A DNA stretch of 64,000 nt, from positions 256,001 to 320,000 of the forward strand of contig CAVPNL010000004.1 in the NCBI GenBank assembly GCA_963706575.1, read 5' to 3'. This document shows positions 45,232 through 54,815 of the stretch, in pieces (position 1 is the first letter of the stretch; the number at the start of each line of letters is the position of its first letter). Made by a program: the position numbers and the translations under genes. The notes under the pieces were generated by a model, which had not been told where the DNA came from, ran no database searches, and saw nothing but the letters and a program-made list of their open reading frames with translations. Origin of the DNA: an uncultured delta proteobacterium (GTDB lineage Bacteria > Desulfobacterota > Desulfobacteria > Desulfobacterales > JAHEIW01).

Positions 45232-47087
45232 GTTAAGTGGCGCAGGGGGATTTCACCCCTACGCTCTCCAAGATCCGTACGTGACAGTCTCCCGTCATAC
45301 GGCTCCTACTGTCCAGCCGTCGGCCGAAAGCCAAATTCCCAAGTCGCAATTAGTCTGGGTTCACGGCGTGCAATGCGACCTAACCAATGGGTCGCCTTGA
45401 GCCAGTGGCCTCTCAGCCTTTTGTATTTCCGCATCGCCCAACGAACCAAGGCATACTGAAGCTGACGGAGTATGGGACGCAATGCTGATTTGTAATATTT
45501 GCCATAATAGTTTAACCAACCCCTAATCACAGGGTTGATTCGACTGGCAATATCCTCTAATGAAGATGAGCTCCATAAATGCAACTTCCAGCCCCTTATC
45601 GTAGCACTCATCGCTTTGATCGCTGATTTGCTCACCGCTGGTGTAAAACCCACAAAATAGTTGCGACCTTTACAGTCGCGCGGTCGAAAGCAGTAACCAA
45701 GAAAATCAAAACTCTCATGCTTATAGTTTCCGGGGCGTCTTACATCCTTACAATAGACAATTTTCGTCTTCTCCGGATGCAATTGCAACTTGCAGCGTGC
45801 CAGCCGTCTTTCAATGACCTTCAGCATGACCTGCGCCTGAGGTTCTGTACGACAGTGGACAATAATATCATCCGCATATCTTGCAAATGGTGTACTCGGA
45901 TAATTCACCCGCATCCACTCATCAAACGCGTGGTGAAGAAAAATATTGGCCAGCAGGGGGCTTATCACTCCCCCTTGGGGTGTGCCCTTTTCTGTTTCGA
46001 TGAGACTACCGTCCTCCGATTGTGCCGGAGCTTTCAGCCATCTCTCGATGTAGAGCAGCATCCACTTGCTGTCCGTATGCTTCTTCACCGCGTACAACAT
46101 CAGCTCATGGTCAATGTTATCGAAGAACCCCTGTATGTCCAGATCGATCACCCAGTTGTACCACCAGCACCTTTTGCGAACCACGCCAACTGCATCCAGT
46201 GCTGATCTGCCTGTTATGTAACCATAAGAATCCGGGTCAAAAATCGGCTCTACATCGGGCCCCAGACACATCTTGACCACCATCTGCGCCACGCGATCCG
46301 ATACGGCTGGTATACCCAACCTTCTGGATCCCCCATCGCTTTTGGGTATGTCTACCGTGCGCACCGGCGGAGGAAAATAACTGCCCGAGGACATCCGATT
46401 CCAGATCTTATAAAGGTTGTCCTTGAGATCAACCTCAAAATCTTTGATCGACTGCCCATCGACTCCCGCAGCACCTTTGTTCGCCTTTACCCGACGATAG
46501 GCTTCCCAAACCACCTGCTTGGAAATACTAAACGACTTTGTTTTAGTAATAGGCTCCTCCCATCTCTGGTTGACCGCATCGCTAAAACCAGACAGCACAA
46601 CTCCTTCGCTCCACCTGCATTACACAGACTTCCTCACTACTACGAGTTGTTCCGCCCCCGTGTCCCGCATCGGTACTCTCACGCTTGTGGGTCCTCCACT
46701 TGCGTTTCTCCCTTAACATCGGAACGACAGGTTCCCACGTTCCGCACAAAAGCCTGGATCAAGTTCATGCCATCTCTATGCCGGACGCCGCCCAGACAAT
46801 AAACAGGCTCCCTCTGGGCTTTTCCTGCAGACCTCCAAGTATCCGCAGTTTTGACGACATCTCAGATATTTCGACACCTCATCAATGGTTCGCTTGTGCT
46901 CATCTCCTTGATCCATACCTGACACAGTCTTGGCCATGCCTTGCCCTTAACGCTCACCACAACGGCTCTTTACCGATGCAGCTTAAGGTGGTTTGAAGCC
47001 TGCTCCTGCAAGCCGACTCCGAAGGGCCCTCCTTCATCTTCCGTGCAGTTACGCACACTTTATATTAAAAGTGCGCTCGTGGCGCAC
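45232..47087 (-). mobile_element. group II intron (bacterial class D / RmInt1-like)
   Basis: 5' GUGCG at 47087; domain V GAGCCGTATGACGGGAGACTGTCACGTACGGATC and domain VI ending ...ACTTAAC at 45232; removing it restores gctgatatg|ttggagaaatc. Confidence 0.92.
45306..46550 (-). CDS. ltrA: group II intron reverse transcriptase/maturase (no endonuclease domain)
   Basis: VKANKGAAGVDG, GTPQGGVISPLLAN, RYADD, INPVIRGWLNYY; the codon after GGAGGAG is ATT (46550). Confidence 0.9.
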   Translation of the reverse strand: MTKTKSFSISKQVVWEAYRRVKANKGAAGVDGQSIKDFEVDLKDNLYKIWNRMSSGSYFPPPVRTVDIPKSDGGSRRLGIPAVSDRVAQMVVKMCLGPDVEPIFDPDSYGYITGRSALDAVGVVRKRCWWYNWVIDLDIQGFFDNIDHELMLYAVKKHTDSKWMLLYIERWLKAPAQSEDGSLIETEKGTPQGGVISPLLANIFLHHAFDEWMRVNYPSTPFARYADDIIVHCRTEPQAQVMLKVIERRLARCKLQLHPEKTKIVYCKDVRRPGNYKHESFDFLGYCFRPRDCKGRNYFVGFTPAVSKSAIKAMSATIRGWKLHLWSSSSLEDIASRINPVIRGWLNYYGKYYKSALRPILRQLQYALVRWAMRKYKRLRGHWLKATHWLGRIARREPRLIATWEFGFRPTAGQ

Positions 47088-47192
47088 TTGGAGAAATCAC
47101 AAGTTTCTGCTTTCCGAATAAAAGCCAAAATGGAAATAGCAAAAGGCAGGGCCTTGACGACCCTGCCTCTTTTCTGATTTCTTAGTTATGGT

Positions 47193-47717
47193 TCACTGTT
47201 TTGGTTCGATTATTTTCCAAGTTCCCGTTCCTCTACTGATAGCCTGGTGTGTTCCTTCTGCGGCAGGTCTCATAGGCCTTCTAGTATATTCTATGCCTCC
47301 CTCAATTCCTTTAAATTTTCCAGTCCCTCCTACAATTTTACCCTTTCCACTAACTGGGTTGGGTCCAAGCTGGACTCCCTCTTCCGTAAGTTCCATGACT
47401 ACTTTATCACCATCTTTGTCTATATTAAATATATACCCCCTTAGGCTCCCTACACCATTTTCGAAATACATAACGCCTATATTATGTATTGACATACCGT
47501 GGAATGGACCCGTGTTACTATCACTGACTCTTACTCCAAAATTTTCATATGTGAATGCAAAATTTTCTTTATCGAGGGGGTAAACTTTATGAGTACCTCC
47601 ATAAGTGACAGTGCCAGAAATGGTGCCTTCTTTTGCCATCTCTGCCTTCGAGAAAGGCACTAAAGCGAGCAAGAAAACAAGCGCCAGTATTGATGCTATA
47701 ATTATTCTCCTCATCAT
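47193..47717 (-). CDS. secreted hypothetical beta-barrel-like protein
   Basis: Signal peptide; GKIVGGTGKFKGIEG. Confidence 0.7.
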   Translation of the reverse strand: MMRRIIIASILALVFLLALVPFSKAEMAKEGTISGTVTYGGTHKVYPLDKENFAFTYENFGVRVSDSNTGPFHGMSIHNIGVMYFENGVGSLRGYIFNIDKDGDKVVMELTEEGVQLGPNPVSGKGKIVGGTGKFKGIEGGIEYTRRPMRPAAEGTHQAISRGTGTWKIIEPKQ

Positions 47718-48095
47718 TTACCTCCTTTTTGTGTAGGTGTCGCGTAGGGTTACGTTCTTTTCAAATGGTCATTTTGTCTCCTAACAGAACAGCTACATCT
47801 GTTAGGAGAAAGATTGGCACATTTTGAGTGGTATCTCCATTTCACTTTTCCCGAATATTTGGGTTAAAGTTCGTGGGAACCGGAGTCTATATGAGTGGCG
47901 AAAGCATATTAGAATTTGCAGAGTCGCTCAGCAGGCGAATGTGAAAGGGAAAGAAAACTGATAATGAAAATGAATTTTAGATAGGAAATTGAACTTCAGG
48001 AAGCACGCAAATAACAGCCTTATATTTGATACCAGATCTAAATGTCAAGCGAAATGCATTTATTTGTCAGATTTCACAAGCTGATGTCAGGTTTT

Positions 48096-48194
48096 GATAT
48101 ATTGAGAATACCTGAAAAATACCGAAAGTACAGATATGCCAAAATATCACAACTTTTTTATGTCCCTAAAAACCTTTGATAAGTTGGAGAGTAC
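48096..48194 (+). repeat. complete tripartite GATAT site (units at 48096, 48133, 48178)
   Basis: gatatattgagaatacc / gatatgccaaaatatc / gataagttggagagtac; spacings 37 and 45. Confidence 0.85.
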
Positions 48195-48207
48195 CAGATA
48201 TATGGAT

Positions 48208-48264
48208 TCTTAACGGCTGAATGGAGCGGCGCTGTCAAGCGTTCGCTCCCATGATGTGTTAGGA
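48208..48264. other. attC-like hairpin
   Basis: TCTTAAC-ggctga-ATGGAGCG...CGCTCCCAT-gatgt-GTTAGGA. Confidence 0.5.
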
Positions 48265-48759
48265 TTTATTATATTTGACCAATGTAAAAGGCTATCCACG
48301 TTATTTTAAGATGACTTACTACCGTTCCGTGAACTTCCCCGATCCGAAGCTCATGAGCTGACACTGCTGTCTGGCCATCTCAATAATCTCCTTTTTCGTC
48401 ATGTCGCCACCAATGGGCTGTTAGGTGTAGTGAGTGAATGGGGTTTTTAATGCTGCCGGCCCTATGGATTTTACGCAACAGGCACCTTATCCAAACCTTA
48501 GTGAGCGAATTCTTTTAATGAGATCCCCCTGAGACCTGGGCGCCGGTCCTGCCGGGTGATTGAATGTTGGACGAGCCAGTTTTACATGCAAATACGAATA
48601 AGCATATTAATACGACTAAAATTATTTTTTTCACGGCCTTTCTCCTATTTTATTTTTTGTCTTTGTATAAAATTGAGCATCAAAAAGAAAACAACTAACT
48701 ATAAATATTTGGCTAAAGACCTTCGTTGTCAATTGTTATTTCAGGTGGTGATATATTGA

Positions 48760-48867
48760 GAGACTGTCGGAAAACCTAAAATGTGTGTTTTTAGTGCCTC
48801 TAAGTACTTGATATTACTATACCCGAATTTTGGAAAATGGTTGAAATTAGACTTTTTCGACAGTCTC
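48760..48867. mobile_element. 108-bp IS1182-type MITE inserted in a GATAT site, TGA duplication
   Basis: gatatattga-[gagactgtcggaaa...ttttcgacagtctc]-tgagaatatc; orientation opposite to the 36134 copy. Confidence 0.85.
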
Positions 48868-48905
48868 TGAGAATATCACTAAATCGGGCAACTTGTGATA
48901 TCATT

Positions 48906-49829
48906 TCAATTTTTTCCGGTTTTATTCCAATGCTCTATCAAAAGAGGAACGATTTTTTCCGGCTGATCTTCTTGGACAAAATGCCCAGCCTCTGAAATTT
49001 TATTGAAATCAACATTAGCACCTCTTTTAGTTAATCTTGCGTGCATATCTTTCCCAATCCATAGTGGAGCAAAACGATCATTTTCTCCCCAAACCAGCAT
49101 TATACTAACTTGATAAGAGTTGGTAGGCCTTTGCAAAAATTGCGTTTTATTTTCAGGCAAAATCAAGGACAAGTGTGGGATTTGTTGCAGGGCTAAAGAT
49201 TTTGCCATATTTTTATATAGTTTGATCCAATACCGGGTTGATTCGCTGTCACAGAACATTTCAAAATAACTTTTTAGAACTTTTGGGTCTAATCTGCTCG
49301 AATCATTAAACGATCGTATCATTGCAAATTTGAAGAACTGTTTGGGGAACCATTTAAACGCTATTTTTGGCAGCAGTGGAATGTTAAGAAAAATTAAGTG
49401 CCACATACCTGACAAATCGGTCTTCCAAAAGTTCGTATTCATAACAGTGGCGGATATAAGTGATTGAGGTTTAAATCTTGCGGTTTGCAGAGCCAATGCA
49501 CCGCCCCAATCATGTCCGATAAAATGGTATGATGGAAGTTGAAGGGTTTCAACAATGGTTTGGTGGTCTTCATATAGCCTGCTAATAGAAGCCTCTCCTG
49601 ACTTTGAACTCTCTCCAAAACCTCTTAAATCATAAGTTATAAGCCGAAAGCTTTTTGTAACGGCATCCGGCAAACTTGATATCAAATGGTCCCAACAATG
49701 ATGATTTTCGGGAAATCCGTGAACAAATACCAACGGCATTGCTTCATTTTTAGTGTCCCAAAGAGCAATTGTTACTCCATCATCCATGGTGATGTATTTC
49801 CTAAAAAAATTAACTTTACTCAACATCAT
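48906..49829 (-). CDS. alpha/beta hydrolase (epoxide hydrolase-like)
   Basis: HGFPE, DLRGFG, GHDWGG, AGHFVQED. Confidence 0.9.
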   Translation of the reverse strand: MMLSKVNFFRKYITMDDGVTIALWDTKNEAMPLVFVHGFPENHHCWDHLISSLPDAVTKSFRLITYDLRGFGESSKSGEASISRLYEDHQTIVETLQLPSYHFIGHDWGGALALQTARFKPQSLISATVMNTNFWKTDLSGMWHLIFLNIPLLPKIAFKWFPKQFFKFAMIRSFNDSSRLDPKVLKSYFEMFCDSESTRYWIKLYKNMAKSLALQQIPHLSLILPENKTQFLQRPTNSYQVSIMLVWGENDRFAPLWIGKDMHARLTKRGANVDFNKISEAGHFVQEDQPEKIVPLLIEHWNKTGKN

Positions 49830-49986
49830 AAACTCCGAAGGTTATAAACAAGAGTGTAATGCAAGTCTTTGGATAATCGCCAGATAAACAATTGTCAGCC
49901 AATTACTGATATATATTGAGAGTATCACCAAAACAAGGAACTTGTGATATTATCCCCATTTTCTGAGAACAGTATCTCAATAATAG

Positions 49987-50154
49987 TTAACTTTTTTTTG
50001 AAGTTACCGTCTGAAAGGATGAAATTTGTTGCTTCAATTTTTTGGCTTTACACTTTGGGCAACTGTATTTTTTCTTTTCATATTCGGCAATAGAAAGGAC
50101 TATGCTAAAAGACTTTTTACATTTTTCACAGAAGAACTCATATGTGGGCATCAT
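49987..50154 (-). CDS. FmdB-family zinc ribbon protein (55 aa)
   Basis: Own translation MMPTYEFFCEKCKKSF...SCPKCKAKKLKQQISSF; AGGAGG RBS. Confidence 0.85.
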   Translation of the reverse strand: MMPTYEFFCEKCKKSFSIVLSIAEYEKKKYSCPKCKAKKLKQQISSFQTVTSKKS

Positions 50155-50363
50155 ACACCTCCTTTTGTTAGTGTTTTAAGCAGATGTACTCAGTATGTGG
50201 ATTATTTGAAGGAGCGCAAAAATCAGATGAGAACCAGATTCGATTCCGTAGTTTGAGAACCGCTCCAGACCAGTTGGAATAGCAGGATCAGGTATAGGTT
50301 GTTCGAATTTATATCCAAATCGATGGGCTTTTTCAATCAAAATTCAGGATTCTGGAAACTGGC

Positions 50364-50462
50364 GATATATTGAGAGAAACCCAAATATCGTAATTTTACA
50401 GATATGCTAAAATATCACAACTTCTCGAGGCCGGTCAATTTTGCCGATATGTTGGAGATATT
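50364..50462 (+). repeat. complete tripartite GATAT site (units at 50364, 50401, 50446)
   Basis: Same 37/45 spacing as 48096-48194. Confidence 0.85.
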
Positions 50463-50502
50463 CGCAGCTGCTCGGATAGACCGCGCCACTTTTTGGAGAC
50501 GT

Positions 50503-51441
50503 TCATTTTTTATTAAGTATTTCTCGAAAAGTTTGCTCCCGAAACATCGAATCGGCCAAACGCACATTGGGCATATGCAAACAATTATTTAACACCTTAG
50601 GACCATGAATGGATAACAATTCAGGTTTTACATTCACATGTGGCATACCTCCTTGCGCGTCGTGCAAACTTTCCCACTCAACCATAACTAAATATTCTGC
50701 AGGTACCGTATAGCCCTCCCAGACATCTGCAGTGCGTTGCAGTTTGCTACCTGAACTATTCTTAAGTTTTTCCAGCATGGATTCAACAGTGGCATGTCCA
50801 CTTCCTAGAGTTGAAAGGCCAATCCGCTTGAGGATCTGGCAGCCGACCATACCCGTGGATTCTCTAAGTTTTCCCATAGTTGCAGTTTCGCCGGCTTCAA
50901 ATTCCTCTTCTTGGCCTGGACGGACTTTGTGCAAAGCCATAACGGTGACAGTTTGTCCCGAATCCACTGCGTAACCATCAGATTCCCCAGCTGCACTCCT
51001 CCTTAACCATTGATTCATTGAGATAAGCTTGGGCAAATCACTGTAAACAACTCGATAGATGGGTTCTTCTGGGCCTTCTAATAATACATCACCGCATTTC
51101 GCACACGTATCGACAACTACGTCCTCAAATGTTTCATGAAAATTCTCATGCGCCTCCCACGATTCCCAGTAGGTAAACTGATCAATCCAAATATGAGAAA
51201 GTCGATCGCCCATGTCTGAGCTCGCGCCCCATCGCATACCCATGGGGCATGCGCCGATTTGCTTCATTAAATCGAAGCCTTTAAACCCGGGTGTTAGCGC
51301 TGTAGCAAGACACATTTTAGAACTGGCCTGCTTCATCATTCTCATTAAGTCGGGATCGTTGTTAACTAAAACGCGGTTAATTGCAACATACAGTGGTGAC
51401 TTAGGTTCAGCATCAAATAATTGTTTTACATTTGCTTTCAT
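50503..51441 (-). CDS. sor: sulfur oxygenase reductase family protein
   Basis: YVAIN, KMC..TA..PGF.GF, W..WEAHENFH, CAKC, GPEEPIY, H.V.PG.E..FE, YLVMVEW, FREILN align by eye with the SOR motif order. Confidence 0.8.
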   Translation of the reverse strand: MKANVKQLFDAEPKSPLYVAINRVLVNNDPDLMRMMKQASSKMCLATALTPGFKGFDLMKQIGACPMGMRWGASSDMGDRLSHIWIDQFTYWESWEAHENFHETFEDVVVDTCAKCGDVLLEGPEEPIYRVVYSDLPKLISMNQWLRRSAAGESDGYAVDSGQTVTVMALHKVRPGQEEEFEAGETATMGKLRESTGMVGCQILKRIGLSTLGSGHATVESMLEKLKNSSGSKLQRTADVWEGYTVPAEYLVMVEWESLHDAQGGMPHVNVKPELLSIHGPKVLNNCLHMPNVRLADSMFREQTFREILNKK

Positions 51442-51609
51442 AATTTTAACCCACCTTTCCAATAAACAATAAGGTAACGAAATAATTTATCTCTTTTACG
51501 GATATAGATATGATCCCAAGCAAAAAACGTTTCTGGGATGCGATATACTTATTAAGTGAGTTTTTCTTAATTTAGTATATTTTGTATAAAAAATATTTGG
51601 GATCTAACT

Positions 51610-51879
51610 TTATTTCAGGATACCATATTTCTTCAAATTGGATTTTATATAGGGCCAATGCAAGACAATATGTACTGCGATCACAACTATGAATATCAAT
51701 GCAGCCCATTCATGAAGGGCAATAAAAAAATGTCTTAAAGAAACCGAAAAACTTCCCCTGGCTTCATATCCCCTTGGCAATACAAGCCAATTTAGCAAGC
51801 CAGTGCTGAATAAAACAATAAAGAGGATAAAGGATATTACGTTGACTATCCAAAGCTTTGAAGATCTTCCATTAGACAT
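51610..51879 (-). CDS. DUF4405 family membrane protein
   Basis: TGLL.W, LHEW..., HIVLHW. Confidence 0.8.
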   Translation of the reverse strand: MSNGRSSKLWIVNVISFILFIVLFSTGLLNWLVLPRGYEARGSFSVSLRHFFIALHEWAALIFIVVIAVHIVLHWPYIKSNLKKYGILK

Positions 51880-52027
51880 TCGCTTCTTTCAATTAATTGC
51901 ATTATTTATAGAGGTTGATTTAGTCCGGAAAGTTCACATTCTCATGAAAAATTTATCTTTTGTTAGGTTGCTTAGTCTGGAATAAATACAGAATAATTGC
52001 CAGATACCAAAAAAATCATCCGATGGC

Positions 52028-52070
52028 GATATATTGAGAGTACATGCATTTTGGCAAAATTACAGATATG
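52028..52070 (+). repeat. GATAT site (units 37 bp apart)
   Basis: gatatattgagagtaca 52028, cagatatg with gatat at 52065. Confidence 0.7.
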
Positions 52071-52090
52071 CACTCTAACGCCATATCTCC

Positions 52091-52399
52091 TTAATTAAAA
52101 ATTAGAATGGCAAAGCCGATTCCGAATCCTATTAATGGAACAATATATTTCAGATATTTCTCTTTAACTCCAGTTTTTCCGCTCAACAGCCTCCCTCTAT
52201 GGTTGTGTATTCTTACCAGGATACTAAGGAGATAAAAGCCAACGCAACAAATTGCATAAATGGCAATATTAGCTGCTTCAGGAAATCTATCAAAATATAT
52301 AAACAAAAATGAAAGCAATAAACCCGAAGTAAAAGAAATAATAAGCCAACTAAACTCATTATTCCAATTCATACGATCGGTTTTTTCGTCATAGCCCAC
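52091..52399 (-). CDS. small membrane protein (3 TM)
   Basis: Hydrophobic segments; lies between two GATAT sites. Confidence 0.6.
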   Translation of the reverse strand: MGYDEKTDRMNWNNEFSWLIISFTSGLLLSFLFIYFDRFPEAANIAIYAICCVGFYLLSILVRIHNHRGRLLSGKTGVKEKYLKYIVPLIGFGIGFAILIFN

Positions 52400-52487
52400 T
52401 GAATATCCACCTTAGATGTCGCCATACATGATAAATGGCAGTTCACACATGCTTATTCAGACATATAACAGCCATACACCAGGTTGT

Positions 52488-52875
52488 GATACATTGAGAG
52501 AAACACAAATATCGCAATTTTACAGATACCATATGGATATCTGCACCGTATCGCATTTTTAAATCTGCTGTCAAATTGAAGTCCCGAAAAATGAGGCTTT
52601 GAGACAATAAAAAGGGCAAATCCATAGGATCGGATTCACCCTTTTGAGTTGTGATTTAAAGCGAATATCGCAGGAATTTTCAGATTTGATATCTACCGTT
52701 TTGTTAGAGTAATCGCAGCTATTTAAAGGCAAATTTTATTACCAAAAAATAGCAGACACCTAAAAGATGGCTCTCTTGTGATTAGTTTACAATATCTGAA
52801 AATATGAGGATGCAAGATACTTGGTTTTTATTGTTGATATCTGTAATTGTGGCGCATCTGCGATATGTTGGTACC
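52488..52875 (+). repeat. cluster of GATAT units
   Basis: Units at 52488, 52525, 52653, 52780, 52816, 52862. Confidence 0.7.
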
Positions 52876-52934
52876 ACAACTGTTAGAAATGCTGGCAAGC
52901 GACTGTTGTATATAGCAGTATTTCATTAAGTTAA

Positions 52935-54815
52935 TTAATCAGGCAGACCCGCCTTGCGGAGTGCCCCTAACCAGCGGTTTTTTAAATCAGCATCCTTAAA
53001 TGGATTTACTTTTCCAGCATCCTGCTCTACGGAAAAATTTGGTTTAATCCGCAAAACTTCGGCAGCAGCTTCACGTGCTTTGGTCTCATTGCCCGACATC
53101 TGATATGCATATGTTAGTCCCCAATAGGCAAAGAGATAATCGGGATTACGTTCTATAGCCCTATTCCACAACGGTATCGCTTTTTCATACTGTTCAGAAA
53201 AGGCATAGGCAAAAGCCAGGTTGTTCAGATACATGAGAGGTGAGACAGGATTGAGGCGGATGGCCTTTTCAAGATATAAAATGGCTTCGTCATAGCGACC
53301 GGTGAACCTTAAGACCATCCCCATAAAAAAATGATCTACTGCAGAGTTGGGACTTAATTCGACGGCCTTTTGCGCCTCGATGATGGCCTTTTCATGTTCG
53401 TTTCTCAACAGAAATACCATGCCAAGCAATCGATGCGTGACGGTATCTTGACCGGACAAATCGATGGCCTTCAGAGTCAACTGTTCCGCTGTTTTAATCG
53501 ATTTGGCGCGATCTTTTGTCCTATTGAACCAGACATCGTCCAGATGTGTATGTGCCAGAAGAGTATAGGCACCCCCATATTCGGGATCAAGGGTAATAGC
53601 TTCTTGCGCCAACCTTCGTGCCTCAATTGTATCTGCTGTTGTTCTACGGTACAAGTGTTCATTCCCTTTTAGAAACTTCTCATAGGCTTTAAGATTGGTC
53701 GTTTTTATCGAGGAAAACCGGCCCCAGTCTGCCTCTGAAAGTTCCACTTGCATTGCAGCCATGATTTTCATCGCGATTTCATCCTGCAGGGCAAAGATAT
53801 CCGTCACCTTCCGGTCGTAATTTTCCGCCCATAAATGGTGCCCTGTTGTTGCATCAATCAGCTGAACCGTGATACGCACGCGATCATCAAATTGCTGCAC
53901 ACTACCTTCGAGCACATACCGAACTGCCAGTTCTTCTGCAATTTGCTGAATTTTTACAGGTTTTCCTTTGTAAGCAAACGTGGAGTTGCGGGCAATTACA
54001 AGAATATAAGGAACCTTTGAAAGTGACGTGATAATTTGTTCGGTGATTCCGTCGCTAAAATACTCCTGCTCGGAATCGCCGCTCAAGTTGTCAAACGGAA
54101 GTACGGCAATAGAGGGCTTATCCGGCAATGGATACGCCATCTTCTCCACAGAGGCAGGCTCTATTCGCTTAGATTGTTCGATGTATAAATACCATCCTGC
54201 TAATCCGATGAGAATAACCACAGCAGCGGCAACGGCCACCCACCTTTTTGTTTTCCTCTTTTCACCAATGATCTTGCCGACGGCTTCCGGTTCCATTAAA
54301 ACTTTATAGACACGCACCGGCGCTGCTATGTTTTTAACGCTGTGTTCACCTAAATATTCATAACCCAGTTCAAGTTTAGTTTTTAGCTGGTCGTAGGCGG
54401 TCCCTGAAATGCAAATGCCGCCTCCTTCTGCCATGCCTTCCAGGCGGGCAGCTATATTGACCCCGTCGCCGTAAATTCTGTTATCTTCCTCAACAATATC
54501 ACCCAGATTAACGCCGATTCGGAATAACATCCGTCGGTTCTCCGGCAAATCAGCATTTCGTTCACTCATCTCTTTTTGGGTTTCAACAGCACACCTGACC
54601 GCATCCACGACACTGGAAAATTCTGCCATAAGATTATCACCGGTCATATCAACTACTCGTCCACTGTGTTGCTCAATTAGAGTGGACATCGAATTACGGT
54701 AGGTGTTTAAGGTTTGGATTGTCGTTTCCTCATTATCTTCCATCAAGCGGCTGTAACCGACAACATCGGCACTGAGTATGGCGGCGAGTTTACGTTTAAA
54801 ACCTTCTCCTGCCAT
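52935..54815 (-). CDS. class III adenylate/guanylate cyclase with TolB-like and TPR domains
   Basis: ADVVGYS, GDNLMA, RIGVNLGD, GDGVNIAARLE, KPSIAVLPF, TPRs. Confidence 0.92.
   Translation of the reverse strand: MAGEGFKRKLAAILSADVVGYSRLMEDNEETTIQTLNTYRNSMSTLIEQHSGRVVDMTGDNLMAEFSSVVDAVRCAVETQKEMSERNADLPENRRMLFRIGVNLGDIVEEDNRIYGDGVNIAARLEGMAEGGGICISGTAYDQLKTKLELGYEYLGEHSVKNIAAPVRVYKVLMEPEAVGKIIGEKRKTKRWVAVAAAVVILIGLAGWYLYIEQSKRIEPASVEKMAYPLPDKPSIAVLPFDNLSGDSEQEYFSDGITEQIITSLSKVPYILVIARNSTFAYKGKPVKIQQIAEELAVRYVLEGSVQQFDDRVRITVQLIDATTGHHLWAENYDRKVTDIFALQDEIAMKIMAAMQVELSEADWGRFSSIKTTNLKAYEKFLKGNEHLYRRTTADTIEARRLAQEAITLDPEYGGAYTLLAHTHLDDVWFNRTKDRAKSIKTAEQLTLKAIDLSGQDTVTHRLLGMVFLLRNEHEKAIIEAQKAVELSPNSAVDHFFMGMVLRFTGRYDEAILYLEKAIRLNPVSPLMYLNNLAFAYAFSEQYEKAIPLWNRAIERNPDYLFAYWGLTYAYQMSGNETKAREAAAEVLRIKPNFSVEQDAGKVNPFKDADLKNRWLGALRKAGLPD

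Noticed and set aside
45232..47087. RT as a retron/DGR/defence RT
   Set aside because: Clear group II intron domains V/VI, GUGCG 5' end and maturase domain.
46519..47177. Plus-strand ORFs in this interval
   Set aside because: Antisense to the group II intron RNA domains.
47777..47809. TCTCCTAACAGA...TCTGTTAGGAGA as an attC site
   Set aside because: Only about 33 bp with no inner boxes; a simple hairpin.
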